Positions 48,587 through 54,982 of a DNA stretch of 54,982 nt are shown piece by piece; within the stretch, counting starts at the first letter, position 1; each line of letters opens with the position of its first letter. Origin of the DNA: a virus. Taxonomy: Duplodnaviria; Caudoviricetes. Location: IMG/VR virus record IMGVR_UViG_3300030329_003381, positions 1 to 54,982 of that record; one strand, given 5' to 3'. The notes below the pieces were generated by a model. That model did no database searches and was not told the origin of the DNA. It saw only the letters and a list, made by a program, of their open reading frames with translations. The position numbers were made by a program, and so were the translations under genes.

Positions 48587-48790
48587 TTACTTATATCCCT
48601 CCAACTGACATACTCCACATACGGACTTTCCTCTGATATCTTCGCAAAAGTTCCCTTCGCCCTGACAAACATCACAAATTTTCCTTTTGATTTTAAATGG
48701 TAATAATATAGCTTGGAATTGTACTGCGGTTATCTTCTCCGCCAAGTAATCAGCAGTTGCTTGTTTGATTATATCGTTATCACTTGTCAA
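48587..48790 (-). CDS. small Zn-finger protein
   Basis: CDVCQGEG...CGVCQLEG. Confidence 0.55.
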   Translation of the reverse strand: MTSDNDIIKQATADYLAEKITAVQFQAILLPFKIKRKICDVCQGEGNFCEDIRGKSVCGVCQLEGYK

Positions 48791-48909
48791 GTTTCCATTC
48801 TCCTGGTTTGATCACAAAGTCTTCTTTCAAAACTAATCCTCTGAACATTTTAGCAACTAATCTTTCTAGTGTTTCTAATCGTTCGATAATATCTTCCATT
48901 GAATTCTCC

Positions 48910-49179
48910 TCAGCCATCATTAACTTCTCCTTCTGGTCGTAATCTAAAGTAAGCACTATGTCCTTGTTTTCTCTTCTCAATTATCCTTACGTAATTAAGT
49001 GCTTCACATATCTTTAATGCGTAAGTTCTATGAAAGTTTAAGCCCTCAGCTAACATAGTTGGTGTAAACCATTTAGTTGGATACCGTTGGAATATAGTTA
49101 ATACCTGATTGCGATAACCTTTAGGTAATATATCTACTCCTACTCTATCAAAGTAATCTACTTTTTTCTTATCGCTCAT
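48910..49179 (-). CDS. winged-helix protein
   Basis: WFTPTMLAEGL..YALKICEAL..IIEK..SAYFRL. Confidence 0.7.
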   Translation of the reverse strand: MSDKKKVDYFDRVGVDILPKGYRNQVLTIFQRYPTKWFTPTMLAEGLNFHRTYALKICEALNYVRIIEKRKQGHSAYFRLRPEGEVNDG

Positions 49180-49363
49180 TGTCCCACTCCTTTAATCTTT
49201 CTATTGTAACTAGTAGTCTGTCTTGTTTTAATTGTTCAATAGTGTTATGACATTCCTCGTTAGATTTTCTTAATCTCCTAGTCTCACTTTGTAGTAGTTC
49301 TACTAATCGTAACAAGTCCATAATGTCTGCATGTGATAATCCTCGTTCATCTGTTTGCATCAT
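49169..49363 (-). CDS. small coiled-coil protein
   Basis: Heptad pattern. Confidence 0.45.
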   Translation of the reverse strand: MMQTDERGLSHADIMDLLRLVELLQSETRRLRKSNEECHNTIEQLKQDRLLVTIERLKEWDNER

Positions 49364-49493
49364 CGTAATATTAACTCCTTATGTTTTATAAAGCATTGTT
49401 TACAAATATCATTTCTCTCTCCAGTGGTAATACTAATATATGTTACGCCACCATCCCAATGTCCCATACTGTCTTTCTTACAAAGTACACAAG

Positions 49494-49922
49494 TCATTCT
49501 TCTATGTTCTCCAATTGTTTCATAATATATTCTTTGTCCAGCATTGGTATATCATTCTCTATACAACTCTTCACTGCCATTATATGTTTGCAATCGCCAT
49601 CATTACCTCGATACTGAAAATCATAACAAGAACATTGCCATTTCTCATCTGTCATTCTCACATCGTAATAAGTTTTAGAACTTTCCCCATAGACTTTAAA
49701 GATATTAATCAGTTTGCCTTCTGTGTAAATGATTGGAACTGGCATTTCATTATAAGTTTTTCCTGCTGCTTCTTTGAAATGCTTAGTATGTTTCTTAACT
49801 ATCTTCTCTGCTTTGTGTTGACGACTTGAACCTCTAACTTTAGAACTAACACTATCAGCTGGCAACTCTTCTACACCCATATTCTCAAACATTCTAACAT
49901 ACTTACTTGTACTTTTTTCCAT
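49494..49922 (-). CDS. SWIM Zn-finger protein
   Basis: WQCSCYDF..R....CKHI (CxC..CxH). Confidence 0.85.
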   Translation of the reverse strand: MEKSTSKYVRMFENMGVEELPADSVSSKVRGSSRQHKAEKIVKKHTKHFKEAAGKTYNEMPVPIIYTEGKLINIFKVYGESSKTYYDVRMTDEKWQCSCYDFQYRGNDGDCKHIMAVKSCIENDIPMLDKEYIMKQLENIEE

Positions 49923-50109
49923 CCTGTCTCCACCTTTCTAAACTTTCTGAACCAAAATTAGCTATATCTCCCGTCACACCTAATAGTAATACTACGACAG
50001 ACATGCCTAACAAAAATCCTCCTATGACCCAATTTACAAACAAAAGTACAATCCCTGCTACGAATAAGACTATCGGTCCAATTGCTAATACGTAGTTTCT
50101 CATGCTCAT
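49903..50109 (-). CDS. two-TM membrane protein
   Basis: Two hydrophobic helices; GGTGA upstream. Confidence 0.65.
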   Translation of the reverse strand: MSMRNYVLAIGPIVLFVAGIVLLFVNWVIGGFLLGMSVVVLLLGVTGDIANFGSESLERWRQDGKKYK

Positions 50110-50128
50110 TTTTCTTCTTTGTCACCAT

Positions 50129-50172
50129 GATATATATATCTTGGCGCGCGAATATAACTTCTTTGGCGTTTG
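50129..50172 (-). promoter_or_regulatory. repeated viral promoter, copy 3
   Basis: AAACGCCAA..GTTATATTCGCGCGCCAA-GATATATATATC. Confidence 0.65.
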
Positions 50173-50184
50173 AAGTCTCTTGTT

Positions 50185-50215
50185 AAAAACAAAGAGGGAT
50201 GCCTCCGAAGAGGAC
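50185..50215 (-). terminator. UUCG hairpin plus T-rich terminator
   Basis: CCTC-TTCG-GAGG then CTCTTTGTTTT on the - strand after 50249-50545. Confidence 0.55.
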
Positions 50216-50248
50216 TTTTTCGTGAACTTACAATAGTGTGTGTCTCGT

Positions 50249-50545
50249 CTATTGTCCAGCCCATTTGTAGTAAGATGTTCTACCTGACTTTACCTTTTCC
50301 AATATGTTATCTCCGACGAGTTTTTTCAACACGTTGTTGATATATGGATTGGAGTAGCCAGTTTTGTCTCCATGCTCTTGGTCGCTGAGGTTGTCACGAA
50401 AATCTCTCTGTGTAAAGAACTTCTCTGGGAATGCTTCGCACACTTCCATGATGGTACTTCTCACAGACATTAGATTTTCTGGCGTATCCTCAATTCCAAC
50501 GTTCTGGAATCTTGCTACGATTGAATCTTTGCTTTCTGAAGCCAT
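50249..50545 (-). CDS. winged-helix protein (similar to 42974-43279)
   Basis: FFTQRDF..YINNVLKKLVGDNILEK..GRTSYYKW. Confidence 0.75.
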   Translation of the reverse strand: MASESKDSIVARFQNVGIEDTPENLMSVRSTIMEVCEAFPEKFFTQRDFRDNLSDQEHGDKTGYSNPYINNVLKKLVGDNILEKVKSGRTSYYKWAGQ

Positions 50546-50574
50546 TTTCGCTCTAATATAATTACCACTTTATA

Positions 50575-50765
50575 ATATATAAACTTAATTCCCCAAAACA
50601 CCTTTGGTGAAGGGGGGGAACATAATTAAGAACTGTTAAAGAACAACTCTATCTCTCTCTCTCTATCTCACACCCCGTACGTACACTGTTCGCGCAGCGG
50701 CTAGTTTTGGAACTTAAAAGAACAGCGCCATGTAATGGTCCAGTACGGTAACTTCAAAAGAACAC
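50575..50765. repeat. intergenic module with TATA, G7 string and AACT..AAAGAACA repeats
   Basis: 50575-50645 aligns with 52893-52962; 50705-50738 aligns with 52942-52974 and 54935-54968. Confidence 0.6.
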
Positions 50766-50823
50766 AATGACAGCCAAAGGAGTCCACTGAGGAGCAATTA
50801 AATCAAAAAAAAATAGGGAGGAA

Positions 50824-51408
50824 TTAGATATGACAGTCTATTCCAATCAAAGCGTACTCTCTATACTTTCTGAGTAAGCTTATTACCTCGTCTTTCCAGA
50901 CATTAGGCTCTTTAGGTTTGTCCATAACGCCGAAATACAATGGTCTACCTTCTTCTAACCATTCACCTTCAGGAGTTACAATAGCTGAAGGAAGGAATGT
51001 TTTCTCATCGTCTTCGAGTGTCCTCAAGTAGTATCTGCACATCACATAGTTTGCGTTGACATCTTCTTCAGGAGGACTCTCTATGTTTTTGATTCTTCCA
51101 TTCCATCTTCCACCAATTACCCACCAGTCCCACTTTGATTGTGGATTGTACGTTGTTCTATAAGTACCTTTTCCAGAACATGATGGGCACTCTTCACCTT
51201 TCTCTTTGAAAGTTTCTGCAGGCGCTTTAGCTTTTACAACATCTTCTCCGAATGGAGGTTTGAAGTGTATTGCATCTTGACACCAACATGATCGTTCGTA
51301 TTCCTCTACTTCGATTCTTTCATCGAATGGTTTGATGGCATCTGTGATGGCTGAATGTACATATTCAGTTTCCATTGGAATGATTATTCCTACTGGATAG
51401 TGAGTCAT
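50824..51408 (-). CDS. conserved phage-type hypothetical protein
   Basis: YNPQSKWDWWVIGGRW, AIVTPEGEW, terminal DCHI; inserted CxxCxGxG finger. Confidence 0.7.
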   Translation of the reverse strand: MTHYPVGIIIPMETEYVHSAITDAIKPFDERIEVEEYERSCWCQDAIHFKPPFGEDVVKAKAPAETFKEKGEECPSCSGKGTYRTTYNPQSKWDWWVIGGRWNGRIKNIESPPEEDVNANYVMCRYYLRTLEDDEKTFLPSAIVTPEGEWLEEGRPLYFGVMDKPKEPNVWKDEVISLLRKYREYALIGIDCHI

Positions 51409-51602
51409 TGTACTGTCTCCACTAGATGATCTTCAGACTTGACAAAGTCAGGAAGTTCTTCGTAGATATGTGCTAGTCCTTGGATGTGACCCATTGCGAA
51501 TTCATACTCTTCCTCGCTTATCGCTCCAAGTATTTGATTCCATTTGGTGCACCTACTCAAATCTTCAATGAATGCTTTGCACATTCTATTATCGATCTTC
51601 AA
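51405..51602 (-). CDS. hypothetical protein
   Basis: Coupled 65-aa ORF. Confidence 0.5.
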   Translation of the reverse strand: MKIDNRMCKAFIEDLSRCTKWNQILGAISEEEYEFAMGHIQGLAHIYEELPDFVKSEDHLVETVQ

Positions 51603-52108
51603 CGTTGTCGTCCTCCAATGCTTGTGTGGGCTTTGATGTTTTGTTCTGCATATACATGATATAAGAAATCTCCTGTGACTTCCAATTTGAAAGCTAGTTT
51701 GTTTACTATATCTCTTGGTATCTCTACTCCGATATATGCTGCACCACTATGATTTACTGTAGGTAATGTGACGTCAATAACTTGATAGTTATCTTTCTTC
51801 ACTAGCCAAGAATGTGCCATAGCGATATATGGTGATTCTTTTGCTATGACATATCCTTCATAGTAGTAGTGCTCTCCTGTAATGTCTGCGTGGAAACAAT
51901 TTTGGTAACAATGCTTTGGTATGCAACGATATCGTTCTATAAGCTTCTTTGATGTTATCAAATCGACATCTCTGAATACCTTTGAATGGTGTACGAACCA
52001 TCTGTATGCATCTTGTGAGTCATGTGCTCTCAGTAATTGTTCTACTGTTGGATATAAAGGCATATCAAGGAGCTCTTCGACCTCTTGTAGTTGTCTATTC
52101 AAGGCCAT
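51599..52108 (-). CDS. papain/transglutaminase-fold Cys-His-Asp protein
   Basis: CYQN..YYEGY..AHSWL..VIDVT. Confidence 0.6.
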   Translation of the reverse strand: MALNRQLQEVEELLDMPLYPTVEQLLRAHDSQDAYRWFVHHSKVFRDVDLITSKKLIERYRCIPKHCYQNCFHADITGEHYYYEGYVIAKESPYIAMAHSWLVKKDNYQVIDVTLPTVNHSGAAYIGVEIPRDIVNKLAFKLEVTGDFLYHVYAEQNIKAHTSIGGRQR

Positions 52109-52476
52109 TGTTTTAGACCTCCCTTCATGCCTTTGACCATATTTGCTAACTTGTCACTCCAGGTTTGTGTGAATACATCATCCATTTCTACCCATTTGGC
52201 TCCATAGTAGACATTGATTTGCATACTATTTTCATCGTTTGGTACGACTTGAACCTTTAATGGAACTTTTGGTGGTGCTGTCATGTTTTCGTCTAAGAAG
52301 TCTTCTGCCATGATAAATCCAGTTTCGATTCGAGTCTCTAATAACATCTGTTCTGTTACCAGGCTAGATGTTATATAAAAGTACTCTTGGTCTTCTTCGA
52401 TTCTCATGTCGACAAAGTCTTGACCATATATCTTGGTCATGTTCTCTGTTAGTTTTTCTTTGATGTTACTGTTCAT
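52099..52476 (-). CDS. hypothetical protein
   Basis: 125-aa coupled ORF. Confidence 0.55.
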   Translation of the reverse strand: MNSNIKEKLTENMTKIYGQDFVDMRIEEDQEYFYITSSLVTEQMLLETRIETGFIMAEDFLDENMTAPPKVPLKVQVVPNDENSMQINVYYGAKWVEMDDVFTQTWSDKLANMVKGMKGGLKQWP

Positions 52477-52871
52477 TGTCCTACAATCCTTATGTGATAA
52501 AGTTTCTCATACACGTGGTATGGCATCTCTTTACTTGCACACATACGTCTTATTGTGGTTGCATCGGTAATACCTGCTTGTTTACATAATCGACCTTTAT
52601 CGCTTGGCCATCCATTCTTCCATTCTCTTAGTAATGCCCTGACGGCCTTCTGCAAGTCTGTTAATCTTGTGCCAGGTCGATACGTCGGGTATTCTTTAGG
52701 AAGTGGTACGACATAGGCTGAAGGGTTACCACATCTATTGCACTTAATAGGTATGTTCTCTATCCAACCATATTCGATATCCGCTCGATCATGTTCAAGG
52801 TATTCACATTTCCTGTCAATACAAAACACATCTCGTTTCTCGTTCGGCGTCGTGGTTTCATTCATAGTCAT
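52473..52871 (-). CDS. Zn-ribbon plus putative HTH protein
   Basis: Start reassigned to ATG 52871 (MTMNE) just after a TATA promoter; CIDRKC..CNRC; RLCKQAGITDATTIRRM. Confidence 0.6.
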   Translation of the reverse strand: MTMNETTTPNEKRDVFCIDRKCEYLEHDRADIEYGWIENIPIKCNRCGNPSAYVVPLPKEYPTYRPGTRLTDLQKAVRALLREWKNGWPSDKGRLCKQAGITDATTIRRMCASKEMPYHVYEKLYHIRIVGQ

Positions 52872-52892
52872 TAAATAATATATAGTTACATC

Positions 52893-52974
52893 ATATATAA
52901 ATTTTTTTCTACAAATGCCATTAGGATTAGGGGGGAGCACATTTTGGAAGTTTTTAGGTACAGCCATTGTATTG
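52893..52974. repeat. second copy of the intergenic G-string module
   Basis: ATATATAAA..CAAA..CC.TT.GG..AGGGGGGA.CA..TTTTGGAAGTT..CAGCCATTGTATTG. Confidence 0.6.
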
Positions 52975-53077
52975 TAGCGGACCAGTTGCCCACATGGGAG
53001 CCAATGGATTACATTGTCGGAACTGCGGCAAAGACCAGACCAGGAGCAACGCTCAGTAAAAAAAAGGACGGATACCG

Positions 53078-53338
53078 TCAGTATGTGAACTGAACGGATA
53101 TTTTTGGATCGTTGTGACCGAATCTTTCTGGATACCACCATTGCTCGTGATCTTCCATACAGACCACGTCAGACAAATGTTCCTGTCTGAAGTTTTCTGA
53201 TGCTGTGTGACCACCTTGTTCTCTGAGATTACTTTTCGTGAAGCGTCGGATCATCTTGACGATCTCCTCTACTTTCTCGATTGGAAACTCATCGCTTGGG
53301 AATGAGATTACAATGGTTGTCTTTCTCATATTGGTCAT
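53078..53338 (-). CDS. hypothetical protein
   Basis: 86 aa; followed by a T8 tract on the - strand (53058-53065). Confidence 0.5.
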   Translation of the reverse strand: MTNMRKTTIVISFPSDEFPIEKVEEIVKMIRRFTKSNLREQGGHTASENFRQEHLSDVVCMEDHEQWWYPERFGHNDPKISVQFTY

Positions 53339-53574
53339 TCTTCATCGGTCCTGAAGAGTAATAGATACTCTCCTAAGTTGGTGAACACGTGTGCTCTCTG
53401 TCTTAGACTGCCTACCTCGGACTGTGAGAAATGTTTGCCCATTGCGACCAATTCTTCTCCATATAGTTTCGCAAACAGGTTGAGATTGCGTTGCATATCT
53501 GGTGATAGACCTTGACCGAATCGACGTTTCGTATACTCTCTCAAGTTGTTTGGAGTGGCTGGTTTGCCAAACAT
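53335..53574 (-). CDS. hypothetical protein
   Basis: Coupled ORF (TAATG). Confidence 0.55.
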   Translation of the reverse strand: MFGKPATPNNLREYTKRRFGQGLSPDMQRNLNLFAKLYGEELVAMGKHFSQSEVGSLRQRAHVFTNLGEYLLLFRTDEE

Positions 53575-53915
53575 TATACTAGCTCCTCCATGAACTGAAT
53601 CATCTTATCAAGTTCTTCTTGGTCATCTTTCTTTCCGACATATTCATTTCTGATACGTCTGAGTACTGTTGACCAGTGACCGGACTTGATATGTTCGACC
53701 CAGTATGGCATGCCTGTGTCTGCATTGATTGTTGGTGTGTTACTTTGTGGTGACCATTGAAGACTATCTTGTGTCTTCTCTGGTTCTTCTGCTGTGTGAA
53801 CAATAACTGGATTGTCTTGTGTGCTTTGTGGTATCTGTGATACGCCATGCACTTCTGCATCCTGTTCTGCTAACTCATCTCTGAGTTTGTCTTCTTCGTA
53901 AGGCATTGTTACCAT
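53574..53915 (-). CDS. hypothetical protein
   Basis: Coupled ORF, acidic and low complexity. Confidence 0.5.
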   Translation of the reverse strand: MVTMPYEEDKLRDELAEQDAEVHGVSQIPQSTQDNPVIVHTAEEPEKTQDSLQWSPQSNTPTINADTGMPYWVEHIKSGHWSTVLRRIRNEYVGKKDDQEELDKMIQFMEELV

Positions 53916-54280
53916 TCCTCTCCGTCTTGATTGAACTCGTCATAGTAGAACTCTGGACCTTCTTCTCCATGATGAACCCGTTGGTGATAAGGACATACTG
54001 TCTCACCTTGCCAGGTGTCTGGTTTAACATATCCATGTTGACCACAGTAGTACGTATTCTGTCCATGTGGTTGTTCTGACACTCGACTGGTTGGGTCAAT
54101 GTCATTAGGATCCATGTTAATTTCTTGGATTTTTCGTCCACAGTCTGGGCAACAAAGATCGCCTAAGGAGTCCATTGAACTTCTTAGTTTTTCGTCGTTC
54201 CAGTATTGTTCTACTAAAGCCTCGAGATTGTCGTGGTAGCATTTAGACTGCTTCGGTTCTGTGCTTTCATTCATAGTCAT
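53909..54280 (-). CDS. Zn-finger protein
   Basis: CYH..CPDCG; CGQH..CPYH; leaderless start after TATA. Confidence 0.6.
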   Translation of the reverse strand: MTMNESTEPKQSKCYHDNLEALVEQYWNDEKLRSSMDSLGDLCCPDCGRKIQEINMDPNDIDPTSRVSEQPHGQNTYYCGQHGYVKPDTWQGETVCPYHQRVHHGEEGPEFYYDEFNQDGEEW

Positions 54281-54456
54281 TAATATATATATAACTTAGT
54301 TAAATATAAAGCTTGATTCCGAACATACCAATCGAGTCAGACTAAGCCAAACAAAAGGCGAACAAGGAGCCAAGTGCGGCTTTGCTCTACGCTCGCTAAG
54401 GGTTGTTTTGTTTGAACAAATGATTTATATATCACAAAAATATATATATATTAAGA
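54281..54456. promoter_or_regulatory. divergent promoter region (strand switch)
   Basis: - strand TTTATATTT..TTATATATATATTA-ATG; + strand TTTATATA..ATATATATATATT..ATG. Confidence 0.65.
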
Positions 54457-54684
54457 ATGAAACAGACGATTACAATGAGCGATACATGGTTCGAGACGAT
54501 CGAAGCATTAAGTATCGTACAAAAGGCAAAAGAAGACATAGAGTGGGACTTGCAGCACTATAAAGGCCAAGAGCTCAAGGACAGGATCTTTGAGATTGCT
54601 GATATAGAGCTATCAAATGCATTAGCTTCAATAACAAAGCTAATCATACGCAGTCAAGATCTGGAGCGATATAAGGCAAAATGA
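54457..54684 (+). CDS. hypothetical helical protein
   Basis: 75 aa after a TATA promoter. Confidence 0.55.
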   Translation: MKQTITMSDTWFETIEALSIVQKAKEDIEWDLQHYKGQELKDRIFEIADIELSNALASITKLIIRSQDLERYKAK

Positions 54685-54905
54685 CCGCAAAGTTTCCAGA
54701 AGCACTCAAGGTCTATACTAATGCGCTCAGACACGCATATGTCAATGTCGGAGCAATAGATAGGCAAACAGAGGATGAGAAAAAAGAAGGCTTTCATAGG
54801 CTAGACATAACAGTTATGATGCTGTCAGAATTCGGTCACGAAGTAACAGTGAACGATGACGGAACATACGTTGTCAAAGCAGGAAAGCACTTTAATCTCT
54901 CCTAA
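54681..54905 (+). CDS. hypothetical protein
   Basis: ATGA-coupled; followed by a T10 terminator (54911-54920). Confidence 0.55.
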   Translation: MTAKFPEALKVYTNALRHAYVNVGAIDRQTEDEKKEGFHRLDITVMMLSEFGHEVTVNDDGTYVVKAGKHFNLS

Positions 54906-54982
54906 GTCTCTTTTTTTTTTGATCATCTCTGTACTTTTGGAAGTTTTCAAAAACTGCCCATGTATTGGAGTTGGTCATTTTT

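Noticed and set aside
50647-50669. (CT)n microsatellite
   Set aside because: Short low-complexity tract with no supportable function beyond lying in the intergenic module
50631-50765. Mini-CRISPR made of AACT..AAAGAACA repeats
   Set aside because: Repeats are about 14 nt, degenerate and irregularly spaced (80 and 39 nt)
52962-53042. TIGR-like pattern (AGCCA-N9-..ACCA-N9-..AGCCA, 37-nt spacing)
   Set aside because: Only about 1.5 units, periodicity breaks down, and no Nop-domain Tas protein is recognisable; the first AGCCA belongs to the dispersed motif already reported
52872-53141. N-terminal 90 aa of the 222-aa ORF in the track
   Set aside because: It runs through a terminator, the repeat module and a promoter; the real start is probably 52871
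1-54982. Terminal repeats, integrase/att sites, tRNAs, amoC, reverse transcriptase/DGR, inteins
   Set aside because: None seen: the ends do not match, the window starts mid-gene, and PolB, TerL and the MCM-like protein have no extra length for inteins

Overview
About 55 kb, AT-rich, near-complete genome of a tailed archaeal virus (Caudoviricetes, siphovirus-like: tail tube, tape measure and tail chaperone, no sheath seen). Archaeal signals (GGTGA ribosome-binding sites, TATA promoters, oligo-T terminators, PolB, XPF, MCM-like ATPase) and several small proteins resembling Nitrososphaerota (marine ammonia-oxidiser) families point to a thaumarchaeal host; this is recalled, not searched. The + strand from 1 to 23.6 kb is the virion module: fibres, a matrixin protease, TerS/TerL, portal, prohead protease, scaffold, capsid, tail and a holin-like protein. 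The - strand from 23.8 to 54.3 kb carries replication and recombination genes, a 7-deazaguanine DNA-modification set (folE, queD, queE, queC, TGT-fold DpdA-like, plus a PRTase and a DUF1599 protein flanking polB), and a long run of small early genes including about 7 winged-helix proteins and many Zn fingers. The most unusual non-coding signals are a tandem pair of structurally homologous three-hairpin RNA-like units (42.54-42.88 kb, - strand), a repeated promoter class, and a repeated G-string intergenic module near the strand switch. No tRNA, rRNA, CRISPR array, integrase or terminal repeat was seen. All assignments come from reading motifs by eye.
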